A stretch of 39,484 bases of DNA, taken from Patescibacteria group bacterium (GTDB lineage Bacteria; Patescibacteriota; Minisyncoccia; UBA6257; GWB1-50-10). This document shows, piece after piece, positions 25,950 to 33,284 of this stretch. Within the stretch, counting starts at the first letter, position 1; each line of letters opens with the position of its first letter. The position numbers and the translations under genes are program-made. The stretch spans positions 1 to 39,484 of the forward strand of contig JBBTYZ010000006.1 of the NCBI GenBank assembly GCA_038061595.1, written 5' to 3'. Under the pieces are notes generated by a model. It was not told the origin of the DNA, made no database searches, and saw only the letters and a list, made by a program, of their open reading frames with translations.

Positions 25950-27221
25950 ATGAATAAGTTCCTACAAGTTTTCAAAATACCAGATCTTAGGAAAAAAGTC
26001 CTGATGGTTTTGGGACTTCTTGTGTGTTTCAGACTACTTGCCGCAATCCCAATTCCAGGCATTGATCCATTAAAATTAAGTCAGTTTTTTTCTTCGAATC
26101 AAATATTCGGTTTCTTAAATGTTTTCTCGGGTGGCGGATTATCCAATTTATCACTTGTTATGTTGGGCGCAGGTCCGTTCATTACCGCATCTATTATAAT
26201 GCAGCTTCTCACAATCGTTTTCCCTAAATTAAAAAAAGCTTATTACGAAGAAGGTCCCGCCGGTAGGGCCAAGTTCAGTCGTTACTCGAGATATTTAACT
26301 GTGCCCTTAGCGTTTCTCCAGGCCTATGGATTCTTAAATCTTTTGGTTTCTCAGGGTGTCTTAAATCCTCTCCATGGCCTCGAGCTTTTGCGCACTGTTT
26401 TAGTTGTCACAAGTGGTAGCGTGCTTTTGATGTGGATAGGCGAACTTATAACTGAATATAAAATTGGAAACGGAATCTCCTTCATAATTTTTGCCGGCAT
26501 AGTGAGCAGTTTGCCACAGTATGTGTCTTCAAGTTTCTTGTCTTACAATCCCGGAGTTATACCAACCTATATAGCTTTTATTGTGTTAAGTATCGTAGTT
26601 ATAGCCGGAGTTGTTTTCGTGACCGAAGGAGAAAGAAAAATGCCTATTTCTTATGCTAAACAAGTACGTGGCAACAAAATGTACGGTGGGGTTGCAACAT
26701 ATCTACCATTAAAAGTTAACCAGGCCGGAGTTATACCAATTATATTTGCGATTTCTATACTTTTATTCCCGCAGTTTTTGGCGCAAATTGTAGCAATCGT
26801 TTCTCAGCCGCTATCACTAGCCTTAAACAGTTTGGTTGCAAAGGTTTTGAACAACATTGCGATTTATAGCTTGTTGTATTTCTTTTTGGTTGTTATTTTT
26901 ACTTATTTTTATACATCTATCACTTTTGATCCCAAAGAAATTGCTAAAAATTTACAGCGGGCTGGAGGATTCATTCCTGGTATCAGGCCGGGGGAGGCGA
27001 CCGCGGAAGCTATTGGACACACCGTTCGGCGCATAACTCTTTTTGGTGCGTTATTCTTGGGTATCATTGCTGTTTTGCCGAACATAACTCAAATCGTGAC
27101 GGGCATAAGCTCGCTTGCCGTGGGAGGCGCTGGCCTCCTCATCGTAGTGTCGGTTGCGCTTGAAGTAATGAAGCAAATCGAGTCTCAGTTAACTGTCCGA
27201 GAGTACGAAGGGATTTTTTAG
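25950..27221 (+). CDS. secY: Preprotein translocase subunit SecY
   Basis: 423 aa, ten-TM pattern, GIxPxITASIImQLL-like motif (GAGPFITASIIMQLL). Confidence 0.97.
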   Translation: MNKFLQVFKIPDLRKKVLMVLGLLVCFRLLAAIPIPGIDPLKLSQFFSSNQIFGFLNVFSGGGLSNLSLVMLGAGPFITASIIMQLLTIVFPKLKKAYYEEGPAGRAKFSRYSRYLTVPLAFLQAYGFLNLLVSQGVLNPLHGLELLRTVLVVTSGSVLLMWIGELITEYKIGNGISFIIFAGIVSSLPQYVSSSFLSYNPGVIPTYIAFIVLSIVVIAGVVFVTEGERKMPISYAKQVRGNKMYGGVATYLPLKVNQAGVIPIIFAISILLFPQFLAQIVAIVSQPLSLALNSLVAKVLNNIAIYSLLYFFLVVIFTYFYTSITFDPKEIAKNLQRAGGFIPGIRPGEATAEAIGHTVRRITLFGALFLGIIAVLPNITQIVTGISSLAVGGAGLLIVVSVALEVMKQIESQLTVREYEGIF

Positions 27222-27239
27222 GGGATTGTAACCTTGATA

Positions 27240-27268
27240 TTGACATAACATATATTATATGTTATCAT
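27240..27268 (+). promoter_or_regulatory. Cassette 1 promoter (TTGACA-17-TATCAT, TG-extended)
   Basis: -35 at 27240-27245, -10 at 27263-27268 preceded by TGt. Confidence 0.65.
27245..27265. repeat. Perfect 21-bp palindrome within the cassette 1 promoter spacer (candidate operator)
   Basis: ATAACATATA-T-TATATGTTAT spans from the last base of the -35 into the -10. Confidence 0.6.
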
Positions 27269-27274
27269 TAGAAA

Positions 27275-27370
27275 AGTAAGTTTCCATAAAGGTGAAAAGC
27301 ACCTTTTGCGGAGAGAAGATCTCTTCGAGGCATTGTGCCGGAAACGTTTTCAAAAATAGGCAAGGTTTTC
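27275..27370 (+). promoter_or_regulatory. Conserved 5' leader RNA, copy 1
   Basis: Hairpins aaaggtg/caccttt (27288-27306) and gagag/ctctt (27311-25). The block 27310-27360 matches 27965-28015 at 40 of 51 positions by hand alignment. Confidence 0.5.
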
Positions 27371-27817
27371 ATGGGTCCGTCTTTCGTGTGGTTGATGTAC
27401 GTAATGCCATGGCTCGTTTCAAACATCGTGCCGGTGGCGTTCGTCCTGCTTTTCATGGGCTGGATCTACACAAGCTCCATGCTTGCAATGCGTGTGCGGA
27501 AGGTGTCGGCGTATGTGCGGAAGTGGTCGGCGTTCTGGGACGTTTTTTCTCCCCAGGCAGCGGTGGACGCGAAGCTCGCCGAACTCGCGCGCAATCTGGA
27601 CATCACCTTTCAGGATCAGTTCATCCAGCGGTTCAGTAGTCAACTGAAACCAGCCGGCATGACGGATGAGGAATACCCCGCCTACGTGCATTCGCGGGTG
27701 GACAAGGCGAAGTCAGAGTTTTGGCACGCCGTAGAGGTCGCGAAGGGGATGGGTTGTAAAGTCCCGACGTCTTACAAAGACGTTCTGGGCAAACCCCTGA
27801 TGGTTCGCATGAAGTAA
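27371..27817 (+). CDS. Hypothetical N-terminally membrane-anchored protein, island paralog 1
   Basis: 148 aa from ATG 27371. ~37-residue hydrophobic N-terminus, then a helical soluble part. GC3-rich codons. Homologous to 28022-28405 (FSPQAAVDAKLAELARNLD vs FAPQLVVDRRIAELWCVLD; AKSEFWHAVEVAKGMGCKVP vs AKAAYMKACRIAEHEGYFVP). Confidence 0.7.
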   Translation: MGPSFVWLMYVMPWLVSNIVPVAFVLLFMGWIYTSSMLAMRVRKVSAYVRKWSAFWDVFSPQAAVDAKLAELARNLDITFQDQFIQRFSSQLKPAGMTDEEYPAYVHSRVDKAKSEFWHAVEVAKGMGCKVPTSYKDVLGKPLMVRMK

Positions 27818-27838
27818 CTCATCACGAAGAAACGGTAT

Positions 27839-27876
27839 CGCCGTCCCGATGTACATCGGGACGGCGTTTCTTTTTC
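27839..27876 (+). terminator. Strong intrinsic terminator, cassette 1
   Basis: cgccgtcccga tgtaca tcgggacggcg followed by tttcttttt. Confidence 0.85.
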
Positions 27877-27892
27877 TCCAATCATTCATTAC

Positions 27893-27921
27893 TTGACATA
27901 ATTATTTTATTGTGATAGTAT
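27893..27921 (+). promoter_or_regulatory. Cassette 2 promoter (TTGACA-17-TAGTAT, TG-extended)
   Basis: -35 at 27893-27898, -10 at 27916-27921 preceded by TGa. The -10 overlaps the ORF-track ATG at 27920. Confidence 0.65.
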
Positions 27922-27927
27922 GTATGC

Positions 27928-28021
27928 AGTAAAGTTTCTTGAAAGGCGCAGACCGTCTTTCGTAGGAGAGCAGACCTCTCTTAGGCATTTTGCCAGAAAC
28001 AGTTTCAAAACGAGGTGGGTT
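27928..28021 (+). promoter_or_regulatory. Conserved 5' leader RNA, copy 2
   Basis: Hairpins gaaaggcg/cgtctttc (27941-27961) and gagag/ctctc (27966-27980), both with CAGAC loops. SD gaggtgg at 28012-28018. Confidence 0.5.
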
Positions 28022-28405
28022 ATGTTCTGGATTACTAGCGTGTTTGTGGCGGTTCCCGTGATGATGTTGGGGTTTGTGATTCTGCGCTTGAGGTCGCGTT
28101 TAAACGCGTTCGCGCATGAATTCGCTCCCCAGTTGGTGGTGGATCGCCGCATCGCCGAACTCTGGTGCGTTCTGGACAACAGTTTCAGTGTCCAGATTTC
28201 ACTCCAGCAAGATGGAAGTTCCACGGCGTCGAGGGAAAGAGCTCTCGCGACTGCGAACGCAACCGTGGCAAGGGCCAAGGCCGCCTACATGAAGGCCTGT
28301 CGAATCGCGGAGCACGAGGGGTACTTCGTTCCTGTGAATCATCTGCAAGCCGAAAGCCTGGCTCGTAACTTCGATCTTCTCAAGCGTGGCACGGTCACGG
28401 CGTAG
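28022..28405 (+). CDS. Hypothetical N-terminally membrane-anchored protein, island paralog 2
   Basis: 127 aa from ATG 28022 (RBS gaggtgg). One TM (FWITSVFVAVPVMMLGFVIL), helical soluble part, GC3-rich codons. Confidence 0.7.
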   Translation: MFWITSVFVAVPVMMLGFVILRLRSRLNAFAHEFAPQLVVDRRIAELWCVLDNSFSVQISLQQDGSSTASRERALATANATVARAKAAYMKACRIAEHEGYFVPVNHLQAESLARNFDLLKRGTVTA

Positions 28406-28425
28406 CCCATCAAGAAGAAACGTAT

Positions 28426-28463
28426 CGCCGTCTCGATGTACATCGGGACGGCGTTTCTTTTTC
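28426..28463 (+). terminator. Strong intrinsic terminator, cassette 2
   Basis: Same hairpin as 27839-27876 with one stem mismatch (gtctcga vs gtcccga), followed by tttctttttc. Confidence 0.85.
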
Positions 28464-28488
28464 TAAAAAAGCTATTATTATAGTAAAT

Positions 28489-29169
28489 ATGCGAAAGGCA
28501 ATAATTATTTATGGACCTCCGGGTTCAGGAAAGGGGACGCAGGCTGAACTTTTGGCCAAGCGGTTTAGTTTTATTCATTTTGATACGGGAAGATACATAG
28601 AATCATTGGTTCATTCTCCAGAGATGAAAAAAAATGTGATTGTGCAAAGAGAAAGAAAGTTTTTTGATACAGGCAAGCTTTGCACGCCAAGTTGGGTTTT
28701 AAAAACTGTTAAAGAGGCAACCCGCAAGGTTGCAAAAAGCGGTTATGGAATAGTTTTCAGCGGTTCCCCGAGAACTCTTTTTGAAGCATTCGGAGATCAG
28801 AACCAAGAAGGGTTGCTTGCCGAACTTAAGGGTCTCTTTGGAAAAAATAATATTTTTGTGGTTCAGTTAGGCGTTAAAGATCAGAGCTCAATGATTAGAA
28901 ATAGCCACCGTTTGATTTGTTCGGTTTGTGGATTACCTGTAATGCGAGTGCATAAAAACGAACATTGTTCTTTTTGCGGAGGGGCTTTCAGAAGAAGAAC
29001 CCTAGACAAGCCCGAGATAATAAAAGTACGCTTAAAAGAATACCGCGAAAGGACTTATCCTATAATTCAAAACATGAGGAAGAGAGGAGTTAGGGTGTTT
29101 GAAGTTAATGGAGAGCCCGTTCCGTACAAAGTTAATCACGAACTCATTAAGAAGTTAAAATTAAAATGA
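28489..29169 (+). CDS. adk: Adenylate kinase (zinc-lid type)
   Basis: IYGPPGSGKGTQA P-loop and lid cysteines CSVCG..CSFCGG. Confidence 0.92.
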   Translation: MRKAIIIYGPPGSGKGTQAELLAKRFSFIHFDTGRYIESLVHSPEMKKNVIVQRERKFFDTGKLCTPSWVLKTVKEATRKVAKSGYGIVFSGSPRTLFEAFGDQNQEGLLAELKGLFGKNNIFVVQLGVKDQSSMIRNSHRLICSVCGLPVMRVHKNEHCSFCGGAFRRRTLDKPEIIKVRLKEYRERTYPIIQNMRKRGVRVFEVNGEPVPYKVNHELIKKLKLK

Positions 29170-29924
29170 TTCGTTTGAAGACGGAGAAAGATCTGGAGAA
29201 ATTGAGAGTGTCGGGTAAAATTTTGGCCTCTGTTTTGAAATCGTTATCCGTGGTAGCGAAGGAGGGGGTTGAGCTTAGGGAATTAGATGAGCTCGCGAGG
29301 AAGCTTATAAAAGAAGCGGGTGCTAGGCCAGCCTTTTTGGGTTATACCCCTGGAGGCGGACGTAAGCCGTATCCTGCGGCAATATGCACATCGGTTAACG
29401 ATACAATTGTTCATGGTATCCCGACAAAATATAAATTAAGAAAAAGAGACATTTTAAAAATAGATTTGGGTGTCCAATATGAAGGATATTTTACTGATTC
29501 GGCAGTAACGATTGGTATAGGTGAGGTTTCAAATATAGCGAAAAAGTTGATGTTGGTTACAAAGGAGGCTTTAGCTGCCGGCATTGAAAATTGCAGGCCT
29601 AATGGGCATTTGGGTGATATTGGTTGGGCCGTAGAGAAAGTCGTAAAGAAGGGGGGTTTTAAGGCAATAAACGGGCTTACCGGACACGGGGTGGGGTTTG
29701 AGGTACATGAGGATCCGACCATCTACAATTTTGGTGATAAGGGTACTGGGGTGAAATTAAAGCCAGGCATGGTCCTCGCAATTGAGCCGATGGTAAGCGC
29801 TGGCTCTTCCGATATAGTCCAAGATAATGACGACAGTTATAAAACCGCAGACGGAAGTTTATCCGCTCACTTTGAACATACGATTGCGATAACCGAAGAT
29901 GGAATTGAAGTGTTAACAAAATAG
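29166..29924 (+). CDS. map: Methionine aminopeptidase type I
   Basis: 252 aa. Metal ligands in the DILKIDLG, GHGVG, AIEP and HFEHT contexts. Confidence 0.95.
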   Translation: MIRLKTEKDLEKLRVSGKILASVLKSLSVVAKEGVELRELDELARKLIKEAGARPAFLGYTPGGGRKPYPAAICTSVNDTIVHGIPTKYKLRKRDILKIDLGVQYEGYFTDSAVTIGIGEVSNIAKKLMLVTKEALAAGIENCRPNGHLGDIGWAVEKVVKKGGFKAINGLTGHGVGFEVHEDPTIYNFGDKGTGVKLKPGMVLAIEPMVSAGSSDIVQDNDDSYKTADGSLSAHFEHTIAITEDGIEVLTK

Positions 29925-29946
29925 AAACCGCCTATTCGGCGGTTTC
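29924..29946. terminator. Bidirectional hairpin terminator shared by convergent map and topA
   Basis: gaaaccgcc tattc ggcggtttc, overlapping both stop codons. Confidence 0.65.
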
Positions 29947-32028
29947 TTCATTTTCTTCTTTAGTTTCTACTTCAGGCTCCTCTTCGCCCTCTTCTTTCTT
30001 TTCTCCGGTCGGTTTTGTCCAGCTTGCAAAATCACAATCAGGGTAGCGAGTACATCCGTAAAAGAATCTAGCGCGTTTAGTTCGTTTTCGAACAATTTCA
30101 CCTTCGCCGCACTTGGAGCATTTTATTCTTTCTCCTTTTTCATTTTCAATTCCCACATTTTTCTTTAATGATTTTGCATTTTTACAATTCGGGAAACCAC
30201 TGCAGGCCAAGAATTTTCCGAACCTCCCGGTTTTTATAACCATAGGTTTGCCGCATAGATCATCGTGTACGCATTTTGATTTGGGTGAACTATTTTTTCC
30301 CGTACAATCGCAGACTTCGTCGGTTGTCTCCGGTGGCGGTGCGATTTTATCCGGAACCTCTTCATATTTCTTTTTGAGGTTATCCGCAAACGGCCCATAG
30401 AAATCTCCGATTAGTCTTTGCCATTTTTCTTTACCCTCTGCTACGTTATCGAGTTGTTCCTCCATTTTAGCTGTGAATTGAATGTCCACTATTTGAGGAA
30501 AGTGTTCGGTTAAAACCTTGTTGACTAATGTTCCTATCTCGGTTGGTTCAAAGCGCCTTGCTTCGTTTTTCTGAACATAATTTCTCGTTTGGATAACAGA
30601 TAGGGTTGGGGCGTAAGTTGATGGGCGGCCTATATCAAAAGATTCTAGGGTTTTTATTAGGCTGGCCTCATTGTAACGCGGTGGCGGTTCCGTAAAATGT
30701 TGCTCAGGCTTTATTTCATCAAGTTTCAGAGTTTCATTTTCCTTGAGTTCGGGCAGCTCGTGTTCCTCGAATTTTTGTGGCCAAGCCTTAAGGAAGCCGT
30801 CAAATTTCAAAATATTGCCATTGGCTCTAAGTTCATAATTCTTATCTTTTGATTCAGCGGTGACCCCCACGCTCGTTGCATCGAAAATCGCCTGTGGCAT
30901 CTGCGTTGAAATGAACCTGCGCCAGATAAGTTCATATAATTTTTTCTCTTTTGGATCTTCCACAGTTATCTCATCCGGTGTTTTTGCGGGATCGGCCGGC
31001 CTTATTGCTTCGTGCGCCTCCTGCGCTAAACGTGATTTTGTTTTAAAAATTCTTGGCTCGTCTATTAAATATTTTTTACCAAATTCCTTTTCTATAGTAA
31101 CTCTCGCGGCGTCCAATGATCCCTGCGAAAGATTCACGGAATCTGTTCTCATGTAAGTTATGAGCCCGTTTTCATAAAGTCGTTGGGCGAACATCATTGT
31201 TTGTTTGGCGCTCCAATAAAGTTTTTTTGACCCTTCTTGTTGAAGAGTGCTCGTTATGAACGGAGGGAGGGGATTCTTTCTTACCTCTTTTTTGATAATC
31301 TCATTAATTTTAAACTCGGAGTTTTTTAAACTATCGCCAATTTTATCCGCCTCTTCTTTGTTTTTAATTCCGAGCTTGGTAATTGACTCACCGTTTATCT
31401 TATTAAGACTCGCGATAAACTTACCTTTTTTCGCTTCGAGATCCACATCAATCGTCCAATATTCATCGGCTTTAAATTTTTTTATTTCTTCTTCTCTTTC
31501 CACAATGAGGCGGAGCGCAACAGATTGAACTCGGCCGGCAGAAAGGCCTCTTATTATCTTTTTCCACAAAAATGGGGAGAGCTCATAACCAACTAGGCGG
31601 TCCAGTATCCTACGCGCCTGTTGGGCGTTTACCCTGTTTATGTCTATGTTTCTTGGAGACAAGAGTGCGTGTTGGAGGGCGCTTTCCGTTATTTCGTGAA
31701 ATACAATACGCTCTATATTATTTTTATTAGGATCAAGCCCTAATGCTTGAGTTAGATGCCAAGCGATTGCCTCACCTTCTCGGTCTTCGTCAGTTGCGAG
31801 AATAATTTTATCTGCTTTCGCCGCCAGCTTTTTAAGCGCATTCACGTTTTTCCTTGCCCTTACCGGGATGATATAGTGCGGCTCAAAATTATGTTCGATG
31901 TCTATGCCCAATTTGCTCTTAGGCAGATCTCTCACGTGTCCGTAAGAAGATTCGATTTTATATTTTTTCCCCAAAAACTTGCTTATTGTTTTTGCCTTGG
32001 TGGGCGATTCTACGATTACAAGATTCAT
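29932..32028 (-). CDS. topA: DNA topoisomerase I
   Basis: 698 aa. TOPRIM MNLVIVESPTKAKTI, catalytic-Tyr region (GLITYMRTDS), C-terminal zinc ribbons and an acidic tail. Confidence 0.97.
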   Translation of the reverse strand: MNLVIVESPTKAKTISKFLGKKYKIESSYGHVRDLPKSKLGIDIEHNFEPHYIIPVRARKNVNALKKLAAKADKIILATDEDREGEAIAWHLTQALGLDPNKNNIERIVFHEITESALQHALLSPRNIDINRVNAQQARRILDRLVGYELSPFLWKKIIRGLSAGRVQSVALRLIVEREEEIKKFKADEYWTIDVDLEAKKGKFIASLNKINGESITKLGIKNKEEADKIGDSLKNSEFKINEIIKKEVRKNPLPPFITSTLQQEGSKKLYWSAKQTMMFAQRLYENGLITYMRTDSVNLSQGSLDAARVTIEKEFGKKYLIDEPRIFKTKSRLAQEAHEAIRPADPAKTPDEITVEDPKEKKLYELIWRRFISTQMPQAIFDATSVGVTAESKDKNYELRANGNILKFDGFLKAWPQKFEEHELPELKENETLKLDEIKPEQHFTEPPPRYNEASLIKTLESFDIGRPSTYAPTLSVIQTRNYVQKNEARRFEPTEIGTLVNKVLTEHFPQIVDIQFTAKMEEQLDNVAEGKEKWQRLIGDFYGPFADNLKKKYEEVPDKIAPPPETTDEVCDCTGKNSSPKSKCVHDDLCGKPMVIKTGRFGKFLACSGFPNCKNAKSLKKNVGIENEKGERIKCSKCGEGEIVRKRTKRARFFYGCTRYPDCDFASWTKPTGEKKEEGEEEPEVETKEENEETAE

Positions 32029-32900
32029 GATTTAGATAAAAATTTTCCGTTTTTTTCTTCCAATAATCCTTCAATTGTAAGGAATGTTAGATTTCTATTC
32101 ACGATATAAGGTTCAAGTTTAGTTATTTCTGATATGCTGTCAACATCAAGTGGTTCTTTGGTGTTTTGCATGGCGCTTAAAATGAGCAATTGCTCTTTAT
32201 TACTTATCACCGAGTAATCGTTTTTCGCGACTGTTTTAAATTCGCCGAGGCCCAGATCTTCAATAACATCTTCCGCGCTTGTGATGAGTCGAGCGCCGTC
32301 TCTTAAAAGCATATGCGAACCTTTGTAATTAGGATGATTTGCGGGGCCTGGTACGACCAAGACTTCGCGTCCCTGGTTCAAGGCGTGCCTTGCTGTTGAA
32401 AGAGAGCCCGAGTCTATAGAAGCTTCGATGATTATAACCCCAAGAGATAGGCCGCTTATTATTCGGTTTCGTTCCAAAAATAGCGCGTCATAATAATTTC
32501 CTGTTTCTTGTCGTTCTGATAACAAACATCCGTTGGTTTTAAGCATCTGCTGAGCAAGACCGAAATGTCTGCGCGGATATACTTCTTTAACACCGTTTCC
32601 TAAAACTGCAATCGTTTTGCCATTTCCCAAAAGCGCTCCCTCGTGGGCGGCTGCATCAATGCCAAGTGCAAGCCCGCTTACTATTGTAATTCCTTTTTGA
32701 GCCAAATCACGCGCTAGTGATTTCGCTGTGTCTATGCCTTCGCGAGAGGCCTTCCTTGTGCCGACGATGGAAATCAACACCTCATCCTCTTTTGGTAATT
32801 TTCCTAAATAATAAATTTTAGAAGGGGCTCCGGAGACCTCTTTTAAAAGGCGAGGATATTCTTTGTCTTTAATTAATACACTTTTTATTGTTGGGGACAT
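32025..32900 (-). CDS. dprA: DNA processing protein DprA (Smf)
   Basis: 291 aa. Rossmann-like SGLALGIDAAAHEGAL motif. 4-nt overlap with the topA start. Confidence 0.9.
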   Translation of the reverse strand: MSPTIKSVLIKDKEYPRLLKEVSGAPSKIYYLGKLPKEDEVLISIVGTRKASREGIDTAKSLARDLAQKGITIVSGLALGIDAAAHEGALLGNGKTIAVLGNGVKEVYPRRHFGLAQQMLKTNGCLLSERQETGNYYDALFLERNRIISGLSLGVIIIEASIDSGSLSTARHALNQGREVLVVPGPANHPNYKGSHMLLRDGARLITSAEDVIEDLGLGEFKTVAKNDYSVISNKEQLLILSAMQNTKEPLDVDSISEITKLEPYIVNRNLTFLTIEGLLEEKNGKFLSKS

Positions 32901-32942
32901 TAGAACTATGATAAACTACTTAATGTAAGTATGTAAATTTAC

Positions 32943-33284
32943 ATGAAATATCCCATTTTTAAAATAAGAACAATGCTGGTTTTAAATATCCTAAGCTTAA
33001 TTGTCCTTTTTATAACTCTCATTTTGATAATTTTGAACAAAGAAAGTCTGAATCAGCCGATTATTCTGCATTACGATTCGTTTGGGGGCATTGATCTCTT
33101 TGGTACGCCCAATGATTTGTGGGGGATTTGGCTGGCCGGATTGGTAACTGGTGTGGTTAATGTGTTTTTGGGCGCGGCATTCTTTTACAGAGAAAGAATA
33201 CTTACTTATCTATTTCTCGGGGCGAACGTCGTAATTGCTATACTGGTTTTAGTTGCGGTCGCGAACATTATTTCAGTAAATTAA
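32943..33284 (+). CDS. Hypothetical membrane protein
   Basis: 113 aa, three hydrophobic helices. TAATG overlap with rmuC. Confidence 0.5.
   Translation: MKYPIFKIRTMLVLNILSLIVLFITLILIILNKESLNQPIILHYDSFGGIDLFGTPNDLWGIWLAGLVTGVVNVFLGAAFFYRERILTYLFLGANVVIAILVLVAVANIISVN

Larger units (their letters stand above)
27222..28488 (+). other. GC-rich foreign-composition island: two tandem promoter-leader-CDS-terminator cassettes between secY and adk
   Basis: Hand counts of 60-nt lines inside give 55-62% GC, against about 23-48% in flanking lines. Codons are GC3-rich, unlike neighbouring genes. All six frames are open, which is typical of high-GC DNA. Confidence 0.85.

Noticed and set aside
27920-28021. 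ORF-track N-terminal extension of island gene 2 (MYAVKFLERRRPSFVGEQTSLRHFARNSFKTRWV), and the similar peptide GEKISSRHCAGNVFKNR in ORF 27292-27639 of cassette 1, as a conserved coding N-terminus or programmed frameshift
   Set aside because: The shared block is in different frames relative to the two protein bodies, because of a 4-nt spacing difference to the ATG. Mismatches show no third-codon-position bias (4/5/2). ATG 27920 also overlaps the predicted -10 hexamer. The similarity is better explained as a conserved non-coding leader, although a frameshifted pseudogene in cassette 1 cannot be fully excluded without homologs.
27292-28368. Additional long ORFs inside the island (27292-27639 +, 27419-27691 -, 27907-28278 -, 28165-28368 +)
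   Set aside because: High-GC DNA lacks stop codons in most frames. Only frames 27371-27817 and 28022-28405 show GC3-rich codon periodicity, mutual protein homology and a plausible RBS and TM architecture.
27222-28488. Island as a chimeric assembly or contaminant insertion
   Set aside because: Both junctions fall cleanly in intergenic DNA and restore intact secY and adk. The cassette promoters are AT-rich like the host, and the unit is duplicated in tandem. A chimera would more likely break synteny. This still needs read-level confirmation, so it is listed as a check.
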